From the NCBI GenBank assembly GCA_947176295.1, contig CAMWQB010000001.1, positions 4,760 to 68,759 on the forward strand: a stretch of DNA of 64,000 nt, written 5' to 3'. Source of the stretch: an uncultured Porphyromonadaceae bacterium. Lineage in GTDB: Bacteria > Bacteroidota > Bacteroidia > Bacteroidales > Muribaculaceae. Under the pieces are notes generated by a model. It was not told the origin of the DNA. It saw only the letters and a list, made by a program, of their open reading frames with translations, and did no database searches. A program made the position numbers and the translations under genes. Below are positions 49,032 to 57,468 of this stretch, in pieces; within the stretch, counting starts at the first letter, position 1; each line of letters begins with the position of its first letter.

Positions 49032-50615
49032 ATGGAAAGAAAATACGACTATCTCGTCATCGGCTCGGGCATTGCCGGGATGAGCTTTGCCCTCAAAGTG
49101 GCCGGAACCGGCCGCGTGGCCCTCGTATGCAAGACTACTCTCGACGAAGCCAACACGGCCCTCGCGCAGGGCGGCGTCGCCTCCGTGACGAACCTCGAAG
49201 TCGACGACTTCGATAAGCACATCCACGACACGATGGTGGCCGGCGACTGGCTCAGCGACCCCGCTGCCGTCGAAAAAGTGGTGAAAGGCGCTCCCGAGCA
49301 GATACGCCAGCTCCTTGAATGGGGCGTAGACTTCGACAAGCGCGAGGACGGATCCTTCGACCTCCACCGCGAAGGCGGACACAGTGAGTTCCGGATTCTC
49401 CACCACGCCGATAACACCGGCTTCGAAATCCAGCAGAGCCTCATACGCGCCGTGCGCGAGAATCCCGACATCGACGTCTTCGAAGGCCACTTCGCAATAG
49501 AGATCATCACACAGCACCATCTCGGAAAGCGAATCACCCGGCGCACCAAAGACATCCGCTGCTACGGAGCATATGTCCTCGACATGGCCACCGGCGAAGT
49601 CGACACCTTCCTCTCCAAAGTTACGATCATGGCCACCGGCGGATGCGGAGCCGTATACCAGACAACCACCAATCCTCTTGTCGCCACCGGCGACGGCATC
49701 GCCATGGTATACCGCGCCAAAGGCACCGTCAAGGACATGGAATTCATCCAGTTCCACCCCACGGCCCTCTTCCACCCCGGCGACCGCCCGTCCTTCCTCA
49801 TCACCGAAGCAATGCGAGGCTACGGCGCCGTCCTCCGCAATCTCCGGGGCGAAGAGTTCATGCACAAGTACGACCCGCGCCTCTCTCTGGCCCCGCGCGA
49901 CATTGTGGCCCGAGCCATCGACTCCGAGATGAAGCTCAACGGCGACGACCACGTCTATCTCGACGTCACCCACAAAGACCCCGAAGAGACCCGCCGCCAC
50001 TTCCCAAACATCTATCGCAAGTGCCTCGAACTCGGAATCGACATCACCCGCGACTACATCCCCGTAGCCCCCGCTGCCCACTATCTCTGCGGCGGCATTA
50101 AAGTCGACGAGCACGGCGAATCGAGCATCCGCCATCTTTACGCCCTCGGAGAATGCTCCTGCACAGGCCTCCACGGCGGAAACCGCCTCGCATCCAACTC
50201 GCTCATCGAAGCCGTAGTATATGCCGACGCCGCAGCCCGACACGCCACTGAAGAAGTGAAGCACCTGAGCCTCCGCACCGACGTGCCCCAGTGGAACGAC
50301 GAAGGCACCCGCTCGCCCGAAGAGATGGTGCTCATCACCCAAAGCGCCCGCGAAGTCGGCCAGATCATGGGCACATACGTCGGCATCGTCCGCTCCAACC
50401 TCCGCCTCGACCGCGCATGGAATCGCCTCGACATCCTCTACGAAGAGACCGAAGACCTATTCAAGCGCTCGAAAGTATCCCGCGAGATATGCGAGCTCCG
50501 CAACATCATCAACGTAGGCTATCTCATCATGCGCCAGGCAAAGGAACGAAAAGAATCTCGAGGGCTCCACTACACCCTCGACTACCCTCCCGTTGCCCGC
50601 GACACACAGTCATGA
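49032..50615 (+). CDS. nadB: L-aspartate oxidase
   Basis: GSGIAG, AQGG, EGGHS, QFHPT, EAMRG, LAPRDIVARAI, GLHGGNRLASNSL and ESRGLHY motifs. Confidence 0.94.
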   Translation: MERKYDYLVIGSGIAGMSFALKVAGTGRVALVCKTTLDEANTALAQGGVASVTNLEVDDFDKHIHDTMVAGDWLSDPAAVEKVVKGAPEQIRQLLEWGVDFDKREDGSFDLHREGGHSEFRILHHADNTGFEIQQSLIRAVRENPDIDVFEGHFAIEIITQHHLGKRITRRTKDIRCYGAYVLDMATGEVDTFLSKVTIMATGGCGAVYQTTTNPLVATGDGIAMVYRAKGTVKDMEFIQFHPTALFHPGDRPSFLITEAMRGYGAVLRNLRGEEFMHKYDPRLSLAPRDIVARAIDSEMKLNGDDHVYLDVTHKDPEETRRHFPNIYRKCLELGIDITRDYIPVAPAAHYLCGGIKVDEHGESSIRHLYALGECSCTGLHGGNRLASNSLIEAVVYADAAARHATEEVKHLSLRTDVPQWNDEGTRSPEEMVLITQSAREVGQIMGTYVGIVRSNLRLDRAWNRLDILYEETEDLFKRSKVSREICELRNIINVGYLIMRQAKERKESRGLHYTLDYPPVARDTQS

Positions 50616-51319
50616 CCCCCCTTCGCCATTCTCTCCTCTCATCGCTCCTGCTCCCGCTCGTCCTGCTCGCCACCTTCTTCCTCGGCGGGCAGACCATCCT
50701 CGCCGCCCCCAAAAAAGCAAGCCCCAAGCCCCCGGAAGCACGCGTCATGACACAAGACGAGCCCATCGACGCAATAAGCGAGTACAAGCCCAAATACATC
50801 CGCGGCTTCAACTGGCGATTCGATGAAAACGGCGATTCAATAATCCACTTCTACCTCCGCGAACTCACGGTCTATCCCCCCATGAAGTTCAAAAACAAGA
50901 AGCAGGAGCAGGAATACTGGCGCACTGTCCGCGACGTGAAGCTCACACTGCCATACGCCAAACTCATAGCCGAAACCCTCATCGAGACATACGAATACAT
51001 CGAGACATTCCCCACCCAGAAAGAACGAGAGGAATACCTCAAGCAAATGGAAGGCGCACTCTTCAAGCAATACAAGCCCATCCTCCGCAAATTCTCCAAG
51101 CGCCAGGCCAAAGTCCTCGTAAAACTCGTCCAGAGAGAGACACACCAAAGCTCATACGACATCGTCAAGGCCTTTCTCGGAGCATTCAGGGCCGGATTCT
51201 GGCAAGGATTCGGAAAACTCTTCGGCGTAAGCCTCAAAAGCGAATTCCGACCCCAAAAGAACGCCGAAGACGCCACCCTCGACCGCATCGCCAGCCTCGT
51301 CGAGCAAGGCACCATCTGA
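50612..51319 (+). CDS. DUF4294-like exported protein
   Basis: Start MTPLRH overlaps the nadB stop (ATGA); VRDVKLTLPYAK, QAKVLVKLVQRET and FWQGFGKLFG motifs. Confidence 0.7.
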   Translation: MTPLRHSLLSSLLLPLVLLATFFLGGQTILAAPKKASPKPPEARVMTQDEPIDAISEYKPKYIRGFNWRFDENGDSIIHFYLRELTVYPPMKFKNKKQEQEYWRTVRDVKLTLPYAKLIAETLIETYEYIETFPTQKEREEYLKQMEGALFKQYKPILRKFSKRQAKVLVKLVQRETHQSSYDIVKAFLGAFRAGFWQGFGKLFGVSLKSEFRPQKNAEDATLDRIASLVEQGTI

Positions 51320-51341
51320 CATCCCCCCCCCACTCCCCGCC

Positions 51342-52232
51342 ATGCCACATATCAAAGGCTACAAGGCATATCTCCTGCTCGAGCGAGGCCTGTCCGAAAA
51401 CACCCGCACCGCATATCTCTCCGACATCGCCAAGCTCACGCAGTGGCTCGAAAGCCGAGGCATCCCCCAAACCGACGCCTCCGCCGACGACCTCCGCCTC
51501 TTCCTCGACGAACTCTGCGACCTCGGCATCGCCCCCGCATCCACAGCCCGTATCCTCGCAGGCATACGGTCGTTCTATTCATATCTCGAGCTCGAAAAAA
51601 TCATCCCCTCCAACCCCGCCGCACTCCTCGACACACCCTCGCGCATCCGACGCCTCCCGCCGGTGCTCTCCCTCGACGAAATCGAAAGAATGATAGCCGC
51701 CTGCGACACCGCCTCTCCCCTGGGCATACGCAACCGCGCCATCATAGAGATGCTCTACGGCTCCGGTCTCCGCGTGAGCGAACTCTGCAACCTCTCGCTC
51801 GGCCAACTCCACCTCGACGAAGGAATTGTGCTCGTCGAAGGCAAAGGCTCCAAACAGCGGCTCGTCCCCCTCAGCGCCACAGCAATCGACGCCCTCCGCG
51901 ACTACATCCCCGACCGCCTCAAAGCCGACACCAAGCCCGGCGAAGAAGGAATACTCTTTCTCAACATCCGCGGCCGGCGCCTCACGCGCGTGATGATATT
52001 CCTCATCGTGCGGCAACTTGCCGAAGCCGCAGGCGTGGCCAAGACCGTCTCCCCACACACCCTGCGCCATTCCTTCGCAACACACCTCCTCGAAGGAGGG
52101 GCAAATCTCCGCGCCATCCAGCAGATGCTCGGCCACGAATCAATAGCCACAACCGAAATATACCTCCACCTCGACACAACCCTCCTCCGCGAAGAAATCC
52201 TCCTCCACCACCCCCGCAACATCCGCAACTAA
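51342..52232 (+). CDS. xerD: Site-specific tyrosine recombinase (XerD-like)
   Basis: GLSENT..AY, YGSGLRVSE, GKGSKQR, HTLRHSFATHLL, LGH and TTEIY catalytic residues. Confidence 0.85.
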   Translation: MPHIKGYKAYLLLERGLSENTRTAYLSDIAKLTQWLESRGIPQTDASADDLRLFLDELCDLGIAPASTARILAGIRSFYSYLELEKIIPSNPAALLDTPSRIRRLPPVLSLDEIERMIAACDTASPLGIRNRAIIEMLYGSGLRVSELCNLSLGQLHLDEGIVLVEGKGSKQRLVPLSATAIDALRDYIPDRLKADTKPGEEGILFLNIRGRRLTRVMIFLIVRQLAEAAGVAKTVSPHTLRHSFATHLLEGGANLRAIQQMLGHESIATTEIYLHLDTTLLREEILLHHPRNIRN

Positions 52233-52348
52233 TCGCCCCGGATTGCACCATCGAAGGAACAATCACACTTTTTGCACCAATCTCGGAACAATTTTCATTT
52301 TTCCTAAATCTCCTCACTTCCGCGTGAGGGAGTTTCGGAGAAAAGTCG

Positions 52349-52356
52349 TAACTTTG
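52349..52356 (+). promoter_or_regulatory. -7 promoter element of the thiamine uptake operon
   Basis: TAACTTTG just upstream of the TPP aptamer. Confidence 0.65.
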
Positions 52357-52370
52357 CCCTCGACAAAATA

Positions 52371-52475
52371 TTTTTAGGGGTGCGACGGCAATGCCCGACG
52401 TCCGGAGGGACGCGGCGCCGAAGCTGAGATCATACCCTTTGAACCTGATCCGGGTAATACCGGCGTAGAGAAAAA
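52371..52475 (+). promoter_or_regulatory. TPP riboswitch
   Basis: GGGGTGC...GCTGAGA...ACCCTTTGAACCTGAT-CCGG-GTAATA-CCGG-CGTAG consensus, upstream of a TonB receptor and pnuC-like gene. Confidence 0.93.
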
Positions 52476-52484
52476 AACTATCAA

Positions 52485-54728
52485 ATGACAAAGAAGATTC
52501 TTTTCTTCCCCGTGGCCGCGGCCGCCTTATTGGCGCCACTCCACGCCCTCGCCGCCGACGAAGCGGCCGACTCATCCATCATCAATCTCCGCAATGTGGA
52601 AGTGCTCGCAAACCGCGCAACAGCCTCCACTCCCGTAGCCTTCACAAACGTATCCAAAAAACAGCTCGACCGCGAAAACGACGGCCGCGACATGCCATTC
52701 CTCCTGGCCATGACGCCATCCCTGCTCGCAACAAGCGATGCCGGCACGGGAATGGGCTACACCGGCCTGAGGATCCGAGGCTCCGGCGCTTCTCGCATCA
52801 ACATCACCACCAACGGCGTCCCCGTTAACGATGCCGAGAGCCACAACGTGTATTGGGTGAATATGCCCGACATCGCATCAAGCGTCCGAGACGTGCAGAT
52901 TCAGCGAGGTGTAGGCACGAGCGCAAACGGCGCCGGAGCCTTCGGCGGCTCAATAAATCTCCTCACCGACGCTCCATCATTCGACCCCTACGCCGAATTT
53001 GCCGGATCCTACGGAATGTACAACACCAACAAGGAGACCCTCCGCCTCGGCACAGGCCTCCTCGGCGACCACTGGAGCGTCGATGCACGCATATCCCACG
53101 CAGGCACCGACGGGTACATCGACCGCGCATTCTCCAAGCTCTGGAGCTACTTCGGCCAGGCAGCATACGTCAACGGTGGAACCTCCCTCCGCCTCATAGC
53201 CTTCGGTGGCAAAGAACAGACATACATGGCCTGGGACTACGCCTCCCGAGAGGACATGGAGAAATACGGCCGCCGATATAACCCCTGCGGAGAATACACC
53301 GACTCAGAAGGCCACACCGCTTACTATCCCAACCAGACCGACAACTACACCCAGCACAACTTCCAGCTCCACTGGGGACAGGACATTGCCCGCGAATGGC
53401 ATCTCAACCTCGCCCTCCACTACACCAAAGGCGACGGATACTACGAGCAGTACAAGACCCGTCGCACACTCATCGAATACGGCCTCGAGCCATACACCCT
53501 CCCCGACGGCACGATCGTAAAAAAATCCGACCTTATCCGCGACAAAAGCCTGCGAAACGGATTCGGAGGAGGATTATTCTCCCTCACATGGCGACACGGA
53601 CGCATCGACGCCACACTCGGAGGAGCCCTCAACAACTTCCGCGGCCACCACTTCGGCACGGTCGAATGGGTCCGCAACTACATTGGCGCCCTCGACCCCT
53701 CGCAGGAATACTACCGCCACATCGGCGAAAAACTCGACGGAAACATATATGCACGCGCAAATATCGACGCCGGCCACGGCCTCAGCGCATACGCCGACCT
53801 CCAGTACCGCGGAATACACTACACCATAAACGGCACATCCGATACATACGACTACAACACCTCCGCACCGCAGCAGCTTGACATCGACAAGCGCTACAAC
53901 TTCTTCAATCCCAAGATAGGCCTCAACTGGGCATCCGCCGACCGCCGCCACCGCCTGTTCGCATCCTGGAGCGTAGCACACAAGGAGCCCACACACGACA
54001 ACTTCACCGACGCCGACCCCGGCCACGAGCCCAAGGCCGAACGGATGTTCGACTACGAACTCGGCTACACCTTCAGCTCCAACATATTCACCGGCGGGGC
54101 CAACCTCTACCTCATGGATTATCGCAACCAGCTCGTCCTCACAGGCCAGCTCTCCGACACCGGCAACCCCATGAGCGTCAACGTCCCCGACAGCTACCGC
54201 GCAGGCATCGAGCTCCAGGCCGCTCTCAAGCCCGTATCCTGGTTCGAGTGGCAAGTCAACGCCACCTTCTCCCGCAACCGCATCAAAGACTTCGTCGAAT
54301 ACATCTACGAAGACGAGTGGACCAATCCCATCGAGATTCCCTGCGGCGACACCCCCATCGCATTCTCCCCCGACATCACCCTCAACAACTCCTTCTCCTT
54401 CCACTGGCGCGGCCTCGACACAGCCCTCGAAAGCCACTACGTGTCCAAGCAATACATGACCAACGCACGAGTCGAAGAGCAGACCCTCCCACACTACTTC
54501 TTCAGCAACCTCTCCGCCGGATGGACCTTCCGCAGCATCCTCGGCATCAAAGAAGCCCGCATCGGAGCCACCGTCTACAACATCTTCAACGCAAAATACG
54601 AAAGCAACGGCTACGCCGGCTCAGGCTACTACATCGACACCGACGGCCAAAAAGTAATATACCGCTACTGCGGATTCGCAGCCCAAGCCCCGGCACACGT
54701 AATGGCCACCGTCAACATCAAATTCTGA
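52485..54728 (+). CDS. TonB-dependent outer-membrane receptor, probable thiamine transporter
   Basis: Signal peptide, plug domain (RINITTNGVP, DVQIQRG, GAFGGSIN), C-terminal F; under TPP riboswitch control. Confidence 0.88.
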   Translation: MTKKILFFPVAAAALLAPLHALAADEAADSSIINLRNVEVLANRATASTPVAFTNVSKKQLDRENDGRDMPFLLAMTPSLLATSDAGTGMGYTGLRIRGSGASRINITTNGVPVNDAESHNVYWVNMPDIASSVRDVQIQRGVGTSANGAGAFGGSINLLTDAPSFDPYAEFAGSYGMYNTNKETLRLGTGLLGDHWSVDARISHAGTDGYIDRAFSKLWSYFGQAAYVNGGTSLRLIAFGGKEQTYMAWDYASREDMEKYGRRYNPCGEYTDSEGHTAYYPNQTDNYTQHNFQLHWGQDIAREWHLNLALHYTKGDGYYEQYKTRRTLIEYGLEPYTLPDGTIVKKSDLIRDKSLRNGFGGGLFSLTWRHGRIDATLGGALNNFRGHHFGTVEWVRNYIGALDPSQEYYRHIGEKLDGNIYARANIDAGHGLSAYADLQYRGIHYTINGTSDTYDYNTSAPQQLDIDKRYNFFNPKIGLNWASADRRHRLFASWSVAHKEPTHDNFTDADPGHEPKAERMFDYELGYTFSSNIFTGGANLYLMDYRNQLVLTGQLSDTGNPMSVNVPDSYRAGIELQAALKPVSWFEWQVNATFSRNRIKDFVEYIYEDEWTNPIEIPCGDTPIAFSPDITLNNSFSFHWRGLDTALESHYVSKQYMTNARVEEQTLPHYFFSNLSAGWTFRSILGIKEARIGATVYNIFNAKYESNGYAGSGYYIDTDGQKVIYRYCGFAAQAPAHVMATVNIKF

Positions 54729-54731
54729 CAC

Positions 54732-55340
54732 ATGGAATTCCTCACATTCGACAAAGCAATGGAAATCGGAGGCTTCATCATCGGCCTCCTCTATCTCTAC
54801 TGGGAATACCGCGCCAACCGCCTCCTGTGGCTCGCAGGCCTCCTCATGCCCTGCATGTCGATGTGGGTTTACTTCCGCGCCGGCCTCTACGCCGACTTCA
54901 CCATGAACATCTACTACCTCGTCATGGCCATCTACGGGCTCCTCGCATGGACTGGCCGCGACAAGGCCCGTAAAAGCGCAGAGGAGACCCCCAAGTCCGC
55001 CCCTCTGCGCATCTCCCGCTTTCCCCTGAGCCGTCTGGCTCCCATCCTCGCAGCCACAACCGCCATATATCTCTTCATAGCCTGGGTGCTAATCACATTT
55101 ACCAACAGCACCGTCCCATGGCTCGACGCCCTCACCACAGCCCTATCCATGGTAGCCACGTGGATGCTCGCCCGAAAATACGTCGAGCAATGGCTCGTCT
55201 GGACCGCCGTCGACATCATCTCCTCCGGCCTCTACTTCTACAAAGGCATCCCCCTCTACGGCATCCTCTACGCAATCTACACCGCCATAGCCATCCTCGG
55301 CTACCGCAAATGGCTCCGCCTGATGCACTCCGGCCACTAA
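54732..55340 (+). CDS. pnuC: PnuC-family transporter, probable thiamine permease (PnuT)
   Basis: DALTTALS..ATWMLARKYVEQWLVW..VD and GYRKW motifs; in the TPP-regulated operon. Confidence 0.88.
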   Translation: MEFLTFDKAMEIGGFIIGLLYLYWEYRANRLLWLAGLLMPCMSMWVYFRAGLYADFTMNIYYLVMAIYGLLAWTGRDKARKSAEETPKSAPLRISRFPLSRLAPILAATTAIYLFIAWVLITFTNSTVPWLDALTTALSMVATWMLARKYVEQWLVWTAVDIISSGLYFYKGIPLYGILYAIYTAIAILGYRKWLRLMHSGH

Positions 55341-55351
55341 TCCCATCCCAC

Positions 55352-55400
55352 AAAAAAAGATTACGTGCAGCAACTCTCACGAGCGGCTGCACGTTTTGTT
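55352..55400. terminator. Bidirectional intrinsic terminator
   Basis: acgtgcagc (55363-55371) / gctgcacgt (55386-55394), with T-rich tails on both strands. Confidence 0.75.
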
Positions 55401-55492
55401 AACCTATGATTCACTTATACTTTCTGTCTGTCGGTACGACCCGTCGGGAGTCCGGCGCCAATCCGGCGGGAGAAACACGCGACCCATACCGC
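55363..55492 (-). ncRNA. Candidate sRNA or sORF transcript
   Basis: TATCTTTG -7 element at 55503-55496 pointing into about 130 nt that ends at the terminator; no annotated ORF. Confidence 0.35.
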
Positions 55493-55611
55493 CTGCAAAG
55501 ATAATCAACTTTTTGTATAAAATCCTAAAATAAACCTAATTTAAGATTTGCTTAAATAATTTTAGCATCTCAACGCCATCAACCTCGTCTTCATCCCTTC
55601 GCAACACCCAC

Positions 55612-55651
55612 AAAAAAAAACATCAGGGTCGCTATCACAGCGACCCTGATG
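55612..55651 (-). terminator. Terminator after tRNA-Gln
   Basis: Perfect 13-bp inverted repeat catcagggtcgct / agcgaccctgatg, followed by T9 on the minus strand. Confidence 0.8.
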
Positions 55652-55681
55652 AAAGGTATGAGAAAATTAATATATTGTCTG

Positions 55682-55752
55682 TAGTCTTACCAGGATTCGA
55701 ACCTGGACAGACAGAACCAAAACCTGTAGTGCTACCATTACACCATAAGACT
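55682..55752 (-). tRNA. tRNA-Gln (UUG), CCA not encoded
   Basis: Cloverleaf: AGTCTTA/TAAGACT acceptor, GTG/CAC D-stem, ACAGG-TT-TTG-GT-TCTGT anticodon arm, CCAGG-TTCGAAT-CCTGG T-arm. Confidence 0.93.
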
Positions 55753-55811
55753 ATCTTAGCGCACACCCTCGCGGGCCCGGGAGCCGCAAACGCAACACCC
55801 TTACGCACCCG

Positions 55812-55843
55812 CAAAGGTAATGAATTTTTTACGATATACCAAA
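55812..55843 (-). promoter_or_regulatory. sigma-A promoter of tRNA-Gln
   Basis: TTTG, 20 nt spacer, TACCTTTG on the minus strand. Confidence 0.7.
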
Positions 55844-55907
55844 AAAAATATTCAAGCTCCCCCAGTTGCACCATCGTTCTCACTTTTTTGGTATCTTTGT
55901 TTCCGTT

Positions 55908-56672
55908 ATGAATCAATCCCAATACACAGCCCACGACATCCAAAGCCGCCTGATGGCACTTCGCGACGACACTCAGCGCGACCACCTCATGAGATTCTTC
56001 AAGACCGGCAAAGGCCAGTACGGCGAAGGCGATCGCTTCTTAGGTCTCAAAGTGCCCCAGACCCGCGCCATCGTCAAAGAAGTCCGCCTCCGGGTGGCTC
56101 TCGAAGAAATCGAACGCATGCTCTACTCCGAGTGGCACGAAGTGAGGCTCTGTGCCCTCCTGCTCCTCGTCGAAGAAATGAAAGCCAACACCCCAAAAAA
56201 GAACGACAGTCCCCACACCCTCGGAATAAAAGAAGAACGACGCCGCGACATCGCCACCTTCTACCTCCGCCACGCACGCCAAGCCAACAACTGGGACCTC
56301 GTAGACCTCTCTTGCGGGTACATCCTTGGCGTCTACATCCGTCTCTCGGCCAGCGAAGACCACGGCATCCTCTACCGGCTCGCCCAAAGCACGAACCTGT
56401 GGGAACAGCGGATAGCCATCGTCTCCACACTCGAACTTATCCGCAACGGAATATATCATCCCACCATTCGCATCGCCGACATGCTCATCGGCCATCCCCA
56501 CGACCTCATCCACAAAGCCGTCGGCTGGATGCTGCGCGAAATAGGGAAACGCGACAGAGCCATCCTCCTCGACTATCTCACCCGCAACTCCACCCGCCTA
56601 CCCCGCACCGCCCTGCGCTACGCCATCGAACACCTCCACGAACCCCAACGCCAATACTGGCTAAAGAAATAA
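55908..56672 (+). CDS. DNA alkylation repair protein (AlkD-like HEAT-repeat)
   Basis: FFKTGKGQYGEGDRFLG..VP, HEVR, NNWDLVD, WEQR and IHKAVGWMLRE motifs; start at 55908 after TATCTTTG (55892-55899). Confidence 0.85.
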   Translation: MNQSQYTAHDIQSRLMALRDDTQRDHLMRFFKTGKGQYGEGDRFLGLKVPQTRAIVKEVRLRVALEEIERMLYSEWHEVRLCALLLLVEEMKANTPKKNDSPHTLGIKEERRRDIATFYLRHARQANNWDLVDLSCGYILGVYIRLSASEDHGILYRLAQSTNLWEQRIAIVSTLELIRNGIYHPTIRIADMLIGHPHDLIHKAVGWMLREIGKRDRAILLDYLTRNSTRLPRTALRYAIEHLHEPQRQYWLKK

Positions 56673-56782
56673 AATCGTATTTAGACCACGTTCCCCCAAT
56701 TATCAAAAAAACCGATGCAGGGGCGTGGGTGGTTTGGGCTTTTTTTCGTAATTTTGCCGAAAATCAAGCCCCTCCCCTCACT

Positions 56783-57100
56783 GTGAACGAGAACGAAAAC
56801 TCACCCCGCCCGTGGGTAAAGCGATTCCTGCCCCTGCCCACAATCATTATCCTTTGCCTCGCGGCATATATCCTCTTCGTCGGCGACAACTCCCTTGTCA
56901 GCCGCATGCGCTACGAACATACCATCGACTCCCTCCGCGTTGAGCTCGAAGCCCAGCGCGACACCATGCTATACTATCAGCGCCTAAACGAAAACCTCGT
57001 CCACGACCCCGAGGTCATGGAACACGTAGTCCGCGAGCAATACAACATGAAGCGCGACAACGAAGACGTATTCGTCTTCGAAACACCTCAGCCAAAATGA
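56783..57100 (+). CDS. Septum formation initiator family protein (FtsB/DivIC-like)
   Basis: One TM helix, coiled coil, then E..REQYNMKRDNEDVF motif; probable GTG start at 56783; TAATTTTG at 56749-56756. Confidence 0.75.
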   Translation: MNENENSPRPWVKRFLPLPTIIILCLAAYILFVGDNSLVSRMRYEHTIDSLRVELEAQRDTMLYYQRLNENLVHDPEVMEHVVREQYNMKRDNEDVFVFETPQPK

Positions 57101-57468
57101 AAGAAAGCAAAAACTTCTCCGAGATGGACGGCCTCGCCACCCTCGGCCTCATCATATTCCTGGTAGCCCTTACCCTACCCCGCTGGCAACCCGTCGAAGT
57201 ATATCGCTGGGTGGCGGCTGCCGGAGCGCTTATTATCCTTGTCAGCCGCATATTCACGCGCTACTCCGGCTCCGACCTCAAGCTCCGTCGCCTCCTGCGC
57301 ATTCAGCTCTGGAGCGGCATTTTCTTCTGCGCCGCCTCCGCCTTCCTCTTCATCCCCGGAGGCACCCTCCGCGACTTCATAGCCTTCACCATGGCCGGAG
57401 CCGCAATCCAGATATACACCTCTATCGCCATCCCGAGGCGCCGCAAGAAACTCAGCGAAAATGGCTAA
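57097..57468 (+). CDS. Small membrane protein of unknown function
   Basis: Four hydrophobic segments; overlaps both neighbours; host-like codon usage. Confidence 0.6.
   Translation: MKESKNFSEMDGLATLGLIIFLVALTLPRWQPVEVYRWVAAAGALIILVSRIFTRYSGSDLKLRRLLRIQLWSGIFFCAASAFLFIPGGTLRDFIAFTMAGAAIQIYTSIAIPRRRKKLSENG

Noticed and set aside
51342-55752. Integrative element defined by the tyrosine recombinase and tRNA-Gln
   Set aside because: The recombinase looks like chromosomal XerD with host codon usage, the cargo is a standard thiamine operon, and no duplicated tRNA 3' end (att site) was found
55820-56782. N-terminal 320 aa of the 426-aa ORF 55820-57100
   Set aside because: Out-of-frame overlap with the alkD-like gene; only the part from 56783 resembles a real FtsB-like protein, and it has its own promoter element
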